The notes: a model not told the origin generated them from the sequence alone. A stretch of DNA of 43,960 bases from a virus (IMGVR_UViG_3300022671_000006:1-43960); one strand, 5' to 3'. Positions 10,028-18,713 are shown, counted from the stretch's first letter. Numbers and translations: made by a program.

Positions 10028-10247
10028 TGTTTTCTCCTTCGTCGGGTAAGCAGTACCACCCTTCTGGTATTGTCATTTTGCCCGGCTCTATCGATCCGTC
10101 GGAAGTCCGAACCCAAATCTTCGCTTTCAAATCTTGTCGAAGCTTAACCGCTTGCCCATCCGGAACGTAAACCACCCTATTCCAAGAACATCCGAATAGA
10201 GTGATCGTTAAAATAAAAACGATGGCCGCGATCATTGATAAGCGCAA
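10017..10247 (-). CDS. small lipoprotein, o-spanin candidate
   Basis: TTG start at 10247 with GGAG 8 nt upstream; MRLSMIAAIVFILTITLFG-C lipobox at Cys20; 76 aa. Confidence 0.65.
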   Translation of the reverse strand: MRLSMIAAIVFILTITLFGCSWNRVVYVPDGQAVKLRQDLKAKIWVRTSDGSIEPGKMTIPEGWYCLPDEGENNGE

Positions 10248-10267
10248 TATAGTCACTCCAACCCCCA

Positions 10268-10297
10268 TGCGACCGTGGCACCACCGCCACGGTCGCA
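10268..10297. promoter_or_regulatory. perfect 12-bp stem hairpin (terminator/attenuator or processing site)
   Basis: TGCGACCGTGGC-ACCACC-GCCACGGTCGCA in the intergenic gap; no clear U-tract. Confidence 0.6.
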
Positions 10298-10305
10298 CAA
10301 GTAAT

Positions 10306-10791
10306 TTAGATTCCGGTTCGCCCCGGCCCGGTCTGAGCCGATTGTGGGCTTGATTCCGGAAGGTCGAGGGGCGTGACCTTTGAAATGTAGTCATTAAGAA
10401 ACGCCCGAACTTTTGAAATCACCGCTGTTAAACGAGCCGAATCGTATTTGTTCAACCCCGCGGCATCCCGCGCCGATTGACTATTCACTAATTCGTCCCG
10501 TGTAATCGCGAGCAAACGAATAACATCGTTGGCGTTCTCATTCTCCGCGTCCGGCGTAGCCGGGTTCGCTTCCAACTCGATTGATTGTGGATGCGTTTCC
10601 GGTAAGTCCAACTGCGGCTGACCGATAACCCATGCGTGGTACGTATCAATCGCGTTAAGATAAGTCGCCAAACGATCTTGGTCAAACTTATTTACTTGAG
10701 ACGTGCCGGAAGAAACCGATTTATGAACTTCTTCAATGAACCGGTTAATTCGAGCGTGCAGCCCTGCGATGTCGTGGTTATTCACTTCCAT
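10306..10791 (-). CDS. hypothetical protein with two-fold internal repeat
   Basis: 161 aa; AAGGAGG RBS; repeats NKFD..RL...LDLPETHPQS and NKYD..RL...LDLPESSPQS. Confidence 0.85.
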   Translation of the reverse strand: MEVNNHDIAGLHARINRFIEEVHKSVSSGTSQVNKFDQDRLATYLNAIDTYHAWVIGQPQLDLPETHPQSIELEANPATPDAENENANDVIRLLAITRDELVNSQSARDAAGLNKYDSARLTAVISKVRAFLNDYISKVTPLDLPESSPQSAQTGPGRTGI

Positions 10792-10803
10792 AATAAAACC
10801 TCC

Positions 10804-10950
10804 TTATTTACTTGGTAAATCCCTTCGGATCTTCCCCCGAAGGCGCTTCTCCAATTTTCCCGGCCCTTTTCCTCTCCGCATTTTTGGCTTAGCGGCTTTC
10901 TTCAGCTTCACCAAAACTGCGAGAAGGAATTGAACTAGAAATTTTTTCAT
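10804..10950 (-). CDS. 48-aa basic protein with hydrophobic N-terminus (i-spanin-like candidate)
   Basis: Manual translation MKKFLVQFLLAVLVKLKKAAKPKMRRGKGPGKLEKRLRGKIRRDLPSK; TGATG coupling with the upstream gene; fills the gap exactly. Confidence 0.65.
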   Translation of the reverse strand: MKKFLVQFLLAVLVKLKKAAKPKMRRGKGPGKLEKRLRGKIRRDLPSK

Positions 10951-11153
10951 CAATCGTTATCTTCGATCCCAAAAGGTTCGCGAATAACTTTTTTGATGAG
11001 AGGCAACACAATCATATCGTCGAACGGATTCTTGCTTTCTTTCACCGCATCTTCGATTTTATCGAGCGCTTTATCCACCGCTTCCTTCACCTTCTCAGCG
11101 GGAAGCAGTTCAAGCAAAGTCGCGATAATGGTTTTAATCATCAACTCAATCAT
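10950..11153 (-). CDS. small hypothetical protein (amphipathic, possibly lysis related)
   Basis: 67 aa, AGGAGG RBS, in operon. Confidence 0.7.
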   Translation of the reverse strand: MIELMIKTIIATLLELLPAEKVKEAVDKALDKIEDAVKESKNPFDDMIVLPLIKKVIREPFGIEDND

Positions 11154-11162
11154 AAAACCCTC

Positions 11163-11417
11163 CTATTCAAACATTCCGTCTTCGGCCTTCGGAGCCGACT
11201 CCGGTCTTTCTTGCGCGATCACGTCCTTGGCTTCTTGCTGCTGCAAGCCATGAAAAGTGGTCGGCACTTCGGCTTTCACCTCTGGTTTTTTCTTAACCTC
11301 ACTCGCCGGCTTGAAATGCGCCGGAACGGGTTTCCCCGCCTCTGGCGCCAGAGTTTCCCCCGGCGTCCAGAGACGGTTCAGGTAAAAGCATTTTTTAGTA
11401 CAGATGTACTTAACCAT
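11163..11417 (-). CDS. small head-cluster protein
   Basis: 84 aa; typical position after the Bbp16-like gene; ends in AEDGMFE. Confidence 0.75.
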   Translation of the reverse strand: MVKYICTKKCFYLNRLWTPGETLAPEAGKPVPAHFKPASEVKKKPEVKAEVPTTFHGLQQQEAKDVIAQERPESAPKAEDGMFE

Positions 11418-11436
11418 GCCTTAAACCCCCGTATTA

Positions 11437-11844
11437 TTAAACAGCGTTAGTTTGACGATCCAGAACCAACCCGGCCACAATGGTACCCGCCGAATGAGTT
11501 CCCGTCACGGTGTAATAGAGACGAAGGTACTGCTCATTGATAACCGGAAGACCACCAAACTTAAACTGATACCCGGCCACCAAAGACGCCTCAGCGATTT
11601 CCGCTGTTTCAAGCAACGTGGTCGCGCTTGAAAAGGTGGAGCTATCAGAGGTCTGAATACCGACTTTCATATTCGTCGCTCCGGTGAAAGCCTCGGTCAC
11701 TTGAGCCAAGACTTCCAACTTACCTTTTTCGTTTAACGCCTGAATTTCAGCGGCGTCATTTCCGAGGTCGATGATGTTTTCACTAGCCGCTGTGACTGTC
11801 ACCGCCTGATCGTCACTTAACAGATTTTGTTTATCAAGAATCAT
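11437..11844 (-). CDS. Bbp16-like capsid decoration/cement protein
   Basis: MILDKQNLLSDDQAVT...SENIIDLG and YLRLYYTV motifs; directly after the major capsid gene. Confidence 0.85.
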   Translation of the reverse strand: MILDKQNLLSDDQAVTVTAASENIIDLGNDAAEIQALNEKGKLEVLAQVTEAFTGATNMKVGIQTSDSSTFSSATTLLETAEIAEASLVAGYQFKFGGLPVINEQYLRLYYTVTGTHSAGTIVAGLVLDRQTNAV

Positions 11845-11886
11845 TTCATTTCTCCTTTAAAGTAATTTATTCCAATCCGATCCAAT

Positions 11887-12882
11887 TTAGGAAAGAGCCG
11901 CTTCGGTGTTCAGAATAGCGTCACATTTCTTCACTGGAATCCCATCGAACGTCACAACCGATTTTCCGCCGGCAGTATCCAACTGCAAATTCACATTTGC
12001 TTTGTTGGAGATCTGGCGTCGAAGGAACGAAGTGACCGTCTTATTACAGTAGATCACCGGTCGCCCAATGGTCAGAGTTGGAATGGTTTCAATGGCCTGA
12101 ACGAGAAGGTCGATCAAGTTGGCACCCGCAGATGCGTCACTTGTCAGAGCCGACACGTCAATGTTCGCGACGCGGGCGGTGTACTGCCAATCGCGAAGAG
12201 TGAATCCGGCGTCCCATTTGTAATGGGTACGATACCCCTGATAGCGGCCTTGTGGAGTCTGACCATCATCGAGAGTAACTTCGCCAAGATCCTTCATTTT
12301 CAAGCCCGTAGGGGATCCACTTGGAAAGATCCCGTGAGCGGTCTGGTCACCCCACATAACAACCCAAACGGATGTGTTATCAGAGCCGGTTCCGCCACCG
12401 TCGAAAACATTTTCAGAGTTTTCAGCACCGGTGAGCGCACTATACCGAGGGGCAAGACCCATGAATTTCTCAGGGTCGGTCGCTGTATTTCCATAGAACA
12501 GCGTAGACGCCATTTCGTTATTCATGGCCTGAAGAAAAGCAATATCTTCAGACATACGAAACTCCGGAGTGTTGTTGTTAAGGTCGGCCAAAGACTTATC
12601 GACTTCAGCATACGCTTCCAACATACCGATGGAGTCCGTAACCTGCACGGTTTTGGATTTGGTCGGCTGAACCCCGTAGTTCAACTGACGCCACGTCACA
12701 CCGGGAAGCCCGGAGCGTACCGTGGTTTTGTGTCCAGTGGGGAGATTCCCCATCACCCAAGCCATATCATCGAGAATAGGATTTCGTTCCTTAAGAATCT
12801 CGACGATTTTCGCAATTTTTTTATCTTCCTGACGACTCGCCCAATCTTGAAGCGTAGCAGCGTTAGTTCCAATAGTTGACAT
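11887..12882 (-). CDS. major capsid protein (BPP-1 Bbp17-like, HK97 fold)
   Basis: 331 aa; GHKTTVRSGLP, LFYGN, KFMGLAPRY and FDGIPVKKCDAILNTE motifs; strong AAGGAG RBS. Confidence 0.92.
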   Translation of the reverse strand: MSTIGTNAATLQDWASRQEDKKIAKIVEILKERNPILDDMAWVMGNLPTGHKTTVRSGLPGVTWRQLNYGVQPTKSKTVQVTDSIGMLEAYAEVDKSLADLNNNTPEFRMSEDIAFLQAMNNEMASTLFYGNTATDPEKFMGLAPRYSALTGAENSENVFDGGGTGSDNTSVWVVMWGDQTAHGIFPSGSPTGLKMKDLGEVTLDDGQTPQGRYQGYRTHYKWDAGFTLRDWQYTARVANIDVSALTSDASAGANLIDLLVQAIETIPTLTIGRPVIYCNKTVTSFLRRQISNKANVNLQLDTAGGKSVVTFDGIPVKKCDAILNTEAALS

Positions 12883-12911
12883 TGTAGTAGTCTCCTTTAA
12901 GTAGTTTTCCC

Positions 12912-13490
12912 CTAATTACCGTAGATCACCTGAGCGGCAGAGCGGGTATCGGGTTTCCCCGGTTTCCCATCAACTGTCCGGTCTTCGCTCATAGCTTTAT
13001 CGATCCGAGCTAACACACGAATAACACCGGGATGATCCCCAAAACCTGTTTCTTCGAGAAACTTCCCTAGTTCGCCTTCGGTGTCGTAGGATTTGAGAGT
13101 GCGTTTCGCACGTTCAATCGTTTCGTTGAACTTGCCTCCGCCAAAATCCTTATCGGATTTAATCTCATTTACCCACCCGTCTCGCATTTTGTCCCACGCG
13201 GCTCTCTGCTGCTCAATAACAGTAGAACTATTTTCAGCCGCGAGATCCATAAGCCTCTGAGCGTTTTCTTGCGAAACGCCCAACTCTTTCGCAACTCCTG
13301 TGAACTTATCCAACATTTCCTGACTCACTGTTACGTTTTCAGGCAATACAAAATCTTGATACTTCTCCGGAGCGCCTTGTGGTGGCTCAGGCGGCTTCGG
13401 TGTTGGATCCGGCGGCGGCGTCGGTGTTGGATCCGGCGGCGGCGTCGGTGTCGGGTCTGGTGGTATCGGTGTTGGTGTTGGCTCTGTCAT
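12912..13490 (-). CDS. capsid scaffolding protein
   Basis: Pro/Thr-rich N-terminus; APEKY, GFGDHPGVIR and MSED motifs; upstream of the capsid gene. Confidence 0.8.
   Translation of the reverse strand: MTEPTPTPIPPDPTPTPPPDPTPTPPPDPTPKPPEPPQGAPEKYQDFVLPENVTVSQEMLDKFTGVAKELGVSQENAQRLMDLAAENSSTVIEQQRAAWDKMRDGWVNEIKSDKDFGGGKFNETIERAKRTLKSYDTEGELGKFLEETGFGDHPGVIRVLARIDKAMSEDRTVDGKPGKPDTRSAAQVIYGN
13397..13468. repeat. 24-bp tandem repeat encoding PTPTPPPD
   Basis: TCGGTGTTGGATCCGGCGGCGGCG at 13397-13420 and 13421-13444, plus a degenerate third copy. Confidence 0.85.
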
Positions 13491-13510
13491 AATTTTATTC
13501 CCCTTAATTT

Positions 13511-15556
13511 TTATGGTGCTACAATTTTACGGGCAAGACTCTCGTAATCTACGCTGAGCATGTCCAGTGATGATGTCGATACACCATCGCCCGTTAATGT
13601 TACCTCAAATTGAACATATCTACCAACAACTCCGGCATCGTCTCCGCTGTTTAAAGGCGGCCCAAATAACTCCGTAAATGGGCTGCTCTGATTTTCCGCA
13701 CGCACTTTAATTACTGCACTGGTTCCCGATGGCGTAGAAACTTCATACACCACTTTATTCCACTCCATATCGAGATCCTCAGAATCAAATGCACTTGAAT
13801 AATAAACCCCGGAAGAATAGAGGCCCGCGTTCCCTGTTACGTTTACATTAGCTAAGGAGGGTCTTACCGCGCTACTCGATGTATACATAAAAGCTCGAAC
13901 ATCAAGCGTTCCTGACCCAATAGGAAGAGAACCAAAATTCGTCACCGCATCGGCCAACGTCGTGGCGTCGGTTCTCGTTGTTGCCGACGTAGGGGCCACC
14001 CACGCGGAGCCACCCCACGTAAGCCATGAAGACCTTCCATTGTTAGAAAACAAAACTCGTATTTCTGTATTGGTGGGCGTTGTCGAAGTGAATGTTGTGG
14101 TCAGCCATTCAATAACTGACGCCGGAGAAATTTGACTTGCATCTTTTGTATCTCCGTACAAATTATCGTCGGTCGAATAGGCTTGAGATTCTTCTACGGT
14201 AATATCATCAATCTCTGGCGTCGTAGCTCCGTCATCTGAATGAAGTAGCGCTCGAAACAAAAATGTGCCGCTCGCCGCGAGCGTCGCGATGTTCGTGTTT
14301 ATAACAGACTCATCATTCGCTTGAGAATAGCTGTCATCTGTTACCGCCCACGCCGACCCATTCCAGTATTTCCAAGTCGTTCCGTTATCACTAGATACGT
14401 GGTATCGAAGCTCATCCGACCCCGGCTTGGTTGAAATCTCAGTGAAAGAATTTACCGCTGAGGAAAACGCAAACCCCGATGTCGGAACAATCGTAGGGTT
14501 TGTTGTGGTGTACTTTGTAGATGTAATCCCCGATAACCCCGCCGGTGTGTAGTTATTTGAGTGTTGAACGGTGCTGTAAACAATAAACCCGCCCATTTTT
14601 GAATTTGCACCGGATGCCGAAGTTGGAAAGTAGCTGCCAACGTATATTTCCTGAGTTCCAGAATTTAGTGTGCCTGTGTTTGTATCAGTAGATCCTAATT
14701 GTGACCCGTCTAAAAACACACGGGTCGCCCCTGTTGTTAAATCCCAATTAACTTCAATTTCATAATCTTGATTAGCAGTAGGGTTAAATGACCCCGCTCC
14801 GGTAAGCAACGAAACCGTGTTAACCCCTGCATTATCTTTAATAATTACACGAATGTCGCCAGAGTTGTCATGTCGGCAATAAATTTCCCCGCTACCGGAA
14901 TTTGGTTTAAGCCTCCATAAATACAAGTTCGACGCCGGCGAACCACTGTAATTCGGCTGATAAATCATCCTAACGCATCCAGTTTGGCCCCCCGCAATCG
15001 TCGCCCCTTGATAAGATACTGAGCTTGCTGTTGCGTTAGTCAAATCAAGATACCCCCCTGAAACAGAAGGCGACCCATTCTCCGTCGCGGTTAAAGACCC
15101 TTCCCCCCAATTTGCATCACTATCGGAAGAATAATTAGCAAAGTATTGAGAATCCGTAGGTGTTTTATCAACAAGCTTCGCTTTCCCCCCGACAACTTCA
15201 ATATCGCTTGAATTGTACGTGTAGTTCGCCGGAGTTGTAAAAGGCCAATCCTGACTCGATCCGACGGTTGATTTATGGCGCAGAACCCCCGCATCCACTT
15301 CAAGTTTCGCCACGTCTGAAAGTGTGTAATTCCCCGGAGTTGTATAAGGGACATCGCTATCAATAGAGGTCTTCTGAGCAAGACGAAGAACCGCATCGGC
15401 CCCTGTCCCAAACACTTCCATTTCACTCGGAACATTCCCCTTGCTCCAATCCACATCGGTCAACCAACGAAGTCGAAATGACTCACGAAGAGTAACCGGA
15501 ATAGCCCCATTCTCAAGAAGAGGGTTTTTTAAATTTACGTCACCAAGTAATGTCAT
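13511..15556 (-). CDS. Ser/Thr-rich beta-rich protein with central LamG/ConA-like domain; putative head fibre or adhesin
   Basis: 681 aa; central YEIEVNWD...TRVFLDG...IYVG segment; repeated SSDNGTTWKYWNGSAW / SNNGRSSWLTWGGSAW modules. Confidence 0.7.
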   Translation of the reverse strand: MTLLGDVNLKNPLLENGAIPVTLRESFRLRWLTDVDWSKGNVPSEMEVFGTGADAVLRLAQKTSIDSDVPYTTPGNYTLSDVAKLEVDAGVLRHKSTVGSSQDWPFTTPANYTYNSSDIEVVGGKAKLVDKTPTDSQYFANYSSDSDANWGEGSLTATENGSPSVSGGYLDLTNATASSVSYQGATIAGGQTGCVRMIYQPNYSGSPASNLYLWRLKPNSGSGEIYCRHDNSGDIRVIIKDNAGVNTVSLLTGAGSFNPTANQDYEIEVNWDLTTGATRVFLDGSQLGSTDTNTGTLNSGTQEIYVGSYFPTSASGANSKMGGFIVYSTVQHSNNYTPAGLSGITSTKYTTTNPTIVPTSGFAFSSAVNSFTEISTKPGSDELRYHVSSDNGTTWKYWNGSAWAVTDDSYSQANDESVINTNIATLAASGTFLFRALLHSDDGATTPEIDDITVEESQAYSTDDNLYGDTKDASQISPASVIEWLTTTFTSTTPTNTEIRVLFSNNGRSSWLTWGGSAWVAPTSATTRTDATTLADAVTNFGSLPIGSGTLDVRAFMYTSSSAVRPSLANVNVTGNAGLYSSGVYYSSAFDSEDLDMEWNKVVYEVSTPSGTSAVIKVRAENQSSPFTELFGPPLNSGDDAGVVGRYVQFEVTLTGDGVSTSSLDMLSVDYESLARKIVAP

Positions 15557-15808
15557 CTAACCTTCCTTAGCTTTCGCTTCAAAATCTGCCACGCGCTTAT
15601 CAAAACGCAACCGTTCATATTTCAATTGTTTAATCCCGTACTGCAATTCTCTTTCCCGTCGTTGAATGTCGGCCACCCGGATACGATGCTCCTTATGCTG
15701 CTCATTAAAAAAGGCTAAAAACTTTTTGGCCTCTTCCACTTTTTTCATCGTCTCCGCGTAAACCGTTTTTGCCCGCTCTTCCAATTCCTTCGCTTGCGCG
15801 GCGTCCAT
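15557..15808 (-). CDS. small coiled-coil protein
   Basis: 83 aa, highly charged and helical; coupled to both neighbours. Confidence 0.7.
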   Translation of the reverse strand: MDAAQAKELEERAKTVYAETMKKVEEAKKFLAFFNEQHKEHRIRVADIQRRERELQYGIKQLKYERLRFDKRVADFEAKAKEG

Positions 15809-16146
15809 TAGTTAACCTTTCCTTTGGCGGTAACATACACCGTTCCGATAGCATTTGCGTTTGTAACCTGAACCCGAAGCCGGTCGCCTTCATTCAATGT
15901 CAACGTGCCACCGGCGCCATAAACAAAATCTTGTTCTTCTGATAACTGCCTCGCTTCCATAACCGTATCGTACTCCGGGCCGACACCGGAATCCAACGAA
16001 ACCGTCACTATTTCCGTGATCGGCACTGACGAATGAACGTAAACCGTGGCCACCTCCGCCGCGAGCGGGAACTCAAACGAATGATCGAGTTCGGCCACCG
16101 CCAAATCTTGAGACACATTTAATGACCGGATCCGCCCTAAGCTCAT
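15808..16146 (-). CDS. small beta-sandwich protein, possibly virion decoration
   Basis: 112 aa with alternating beta pattern (LTLNEGDRLRVQVTNA); ATGA overlap. Confidence 0.7.
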   Translation of the reverse strand: MSLGRIRSLNVSQDLAVAELDHSFEFPLAAEVATVYVHSSVPITEIVTVSLDSGVGPEYDTVMEARQLSEEQDFVYGAGGTLTLNEGDRLRVQVTNANAIGTVYVTAKGKVN

Positions 16147-16445
16147 TTCTTTTTCACCACCATAATGTCGGCCACCTTATTTGGCGCCGCTTCTACCAAG
16201 TCGTGAAAGAACATGAGCGCCAAATTCCGATGGCCTTCAAGAAACATTCCTTGGCTACTGCCTGTAAAAGTCGTGTGAAACACTTTCCCTTTTTCCATCA
16301 AACGTCGGAAAAATCTAACGCCAGAAGGGTGATTAAGAATAGAGCGAATGTCCTCAATTTCTTGCTTTCGTTCATTTTTACGTGCTTGCTCCGCGTCCTT
16401 TACGTGCTTCTCATCACCGGCGTTGTACTCATGTGCTTCGGCCAT
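16143..16445 (-). CDS. Bbp19-like protein
   Basis: DIRSILNHPSGVRFFRRL and FLEGHRNLAL motifs; immediately downstream of the portal. Confidence 0.8.
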   Translation of the reverse strand: MAEAHEYNAGDEKHVKDAEQARKNERKQEIEDIRSILNHPSGVRFFRRLMEKGKVFHTTFTGSSQGMFLEGHRNLALMFFHDLVEAAPNKVADIMVVKKK

Positions 16446-18118
16446 TATTGCTGCCCCATGCCGCTCATAATCCGATCGAGCGCACTATCGTTATCCATTT
16501 CGGTTTCGCTCAAAGTCTTTGCGGTGTCAGCCATTGGCTGTGCGGAAGCCGCAGCGGCCGCGGCGGCAGCTTGCTGCGCCTTCTGCTGCCTCACGTCCTC
16601 CACTTCCTCTTCCCCACGAATGATGCGCGGATTCGTCCCGGACATATCCGCGAAATCGTCGATGGCTTTGTCCACATCCAACTTATCCACCGCTGCCGGG
16701 TTGACCCCCGCCACGCCGCTGATAAAATTGATGGTCTGCTCCATCGCTGAAATCCCGACCATCTTCTGCGCTTGCGCAAGAGTCGAAACGTATTCGATTT
16801 TAAAATCTTTCCCTTGAATCTCTTGCGGCGGCGGCGGAAATAAACTCAAACGCTCCGCGATGTTGTACGTGCGCTGCACGACAATATCCAAAAGCTCCGC
16901 TTGCAACCGTTCGATAACCGGCCCCAAAAGCTTAAGCGCATCACTATGCCGGCGAGCCACCTCCGTGGCTGTCATATTTTTGTCTTGGTTCAGAAGTGTG
17001 GCGAAGAGATCGTTGTAGAAAAACCGACGAAGCCGCTTCTCCACCCGGTCAACTTCAAATGCGATATTCTGCATATCCGGTCGCACCTGATAAACCGGCG
17101 CCATCGCTTGATTGCCTTGCTGCGTGTCCACAAAGTTCACGCCACCGGCCACGATCGTTGCCCCTTTCTTCTCAAGAGACGACGGAGCATTAAGCGGAGG
17201 ATCCACCATCTTGTCGAGCGATTTGAGCTTCTTGGCTTCCATCTTCTGAAGCATCTTCACATCGCCCAACGCGATCATCCCCGGCCCGCGCCCGTAGGTA
17301 TCAACCCCGGTCACTTCCCACCGCGGCGCCATAAACGGGATATCCCGATAGCCGCCAATGCGGAGGTATTTCTCCGGCGAGGCTTTCTTTTCAAAATAAA
17401 TCGATTCGTATTCCATGCCGCGTCGATCACCCTTATCGGCATCCTTGCCGGTGTTAGGCCGGATACAGTGGATAACCTCAAAACGGGTTTCTGGTTTGTT
17501 GTTGTCGTAGGCTTCTCTAACCGAACGCGTCACCATTTCTTTACCAAACTCTTCAATCATTTGACGAGCGGTCATCGAATACTGCCGATAAAGTGTGTCC
17601 GGCCGGTATGTCGCATCCAACGCCAACTGAAACTCACCAATCGTGAAAGGCCGGCAGCGAATGACCGAACGAAAATCCTCTTCAATCACCATCGCATTGG
17701 TGCCGAAGCCGCCAAGCTCTCCGTACATGTTGTGAACCGCGCTGTAAAAATTGGAATGAGAAAAGATATTGAGGATGGTATCGCGCACCCGGAAAAGCCA
17801 CTCTTTGACCGGCGCGTAGGCCGCCAAATCCTTGTCCACCAAACTGAGGGAAAACCACGGGCGAGAAGGCGACGTTAAGCCGCTCTGCATCCCGGCAGCC
17901 AACACGTTAACAGCATCGAAACCGGTGCCATTGATGACCTTGGAATTACGCTTCTTACCGTCATTAGTTTGGTCTGATTCAGTGCCGGTGAGGTACCGGC
18001 CTTTTCGTGGGTAAAGATAATCAGATATTTCTGTCCAGTGGTCACGCCACGTATGCGCGTCTTCATAGAGTTGATTGTACTGCGCCCGATATTTCTCGGT
18101 TGTTAGTTCGTTAACCAT
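16445..18118 (-). CDS. portal (head-to-tail connector) protein
   Basis: 557 aa; LAAGMQSGLTSPSRPWF, PRWEVTGVDTYGRGPG and MTATEV motifs of the T7 gp8/Bbp21 family. Confidence 0.93.
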   Translation of the reverse strand: MVNELTTEKYRAQYNQLYEDAHTWRDHWTEISDYLYPRKGRYLTGTESDQTNDGKKRNSKVINGTGFDAVNVLAAGMQSGLTSPSRPWFSLSLVDKDLAAYAPVKEWLFRVRDTILNIFSHSNFYSAVHNMYGELGGFGTNAMVIEEDFRSVIRCRPFTIGEFQLALDATYRPDTLYRQYSMTARQMIEEFGKEMVTRSVREAYDNNKPETRFEVIHCIRPNTGKDADKGDRRGMEYESIYFEKKASPEKYLRIGGYRDIPFMAPRWEVTGVDTYGRGPGMIALGDVKMLQKMEAKKLKSLDKMVDPPLNAPSSLEKKGATIVAGGVNFVDTQQGNQAMAPVYQVRPDMQNIAFEVDRVEKRLRRFFYNDLFATLLNQDKNMTATEVARRHSDALKLLGPVIERLQAELLDIVVQRTYNIAERLSLFPPPPQEIQGKDFKIEYVSTLAQAQKMVGISAMEQTINFISGVAGVNPAAVDKLDVDKAIDDFADMSGTNPRIIRGEEEVEDVRQQKAQQAAAAAAAASAQPMADTAKTLSETEMDNDSALDRIMSGMGQQ

Positions 18119-18140
18119 GTTATGCCACCGCCCTAAAAGA

Positions 18141-18374
18141 TTATTCGCCTAAGACTGTCTTCCGCTGAACGTTGGCCGGATCTTCCTCACCAAGCGGCCC
18201 TGTTAAAATTGTGGATCGTTGCCCGCGGCGTCGGCGTGCGACTCTTCCTTGCGATGTACGCTCATCAAACGCTGCTTGCTGAGGTGGTGGTGCCGGTGGA
18301 TCCGGCAAAATGATTTCGGGTGCGGGCGCGGAACTGCCGCCACCGCCAATTCCTGCGAAGGGTGCTAAACACAT
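18141..18374 (-). CDS. small Met-Cys virion protein, paralog 2
   Basis: MCLAP...RRRRGQRSTILTG...TVLGE; AAGGAGG RBS. Confidence 0.75.
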   Translation of the reverse strand: MCLAPFAGIGGGGSSAPAPEIILPDPPAPPPQQAAFDERTSQGRVARRRRGQRSTILTGPLGEEDPANVQRKTVLGE

Positions 18375-18386
18375 AATGAAACCTCC

Positions 18387-18701
18387 TTAAGCTCCGAGTA
18401 CGGTTCGCCGGCGAACAGGCGCGTCATCTTCAATGCCGCGCACTCCGGTCAAAATTGTGGATCGTCTACGCCCGCGTTTCCGCGCCAATTCCGCGTCTTG
18501 CGCGGCTTTCCCGTAAGCTTTCGCCGGGATTTCCGGTGGTTTCACATAAACCGGGCTATCCGGGTCATTGGGATCTAAATTGGGTGGGTCTTTAGGTTTA
18601 TTAACAATATCCTGAATAGGGTTAACAGGTCTTTTGCCTCTTCCAATGTCAATGATTGGTTGAATGATTGTCTCTACTGGATTTCCGCCTCCGCCGCACA
18701 T
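18387..18701 (-). CDS. small Met-Cys virion protein, paralog 1
   Basis: MCGGGG...RGRRRSTILTG...TVLGA; GGAGG RBS. Confidence 0.75.
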   Translation of the reverse strand: MCGGGGNPVETIIQPIIDIGRGKRPVNPIQDIVNKPKDPPNLDPNDPDSPVYVKPPEIPAKAYGKAAQDAELARKRGRRRSTILTGVRGIEDDAPVRRRTVLGA

Positions 18702-18713
18702 AAGCCACCTCCG

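Noticed and set aside
16122-17878. Long antisense ORFs over the portal (also 41834-42742 and 12223-12879)
   Set aside because: Shadow frames of well-supported genes, explained by codon bias
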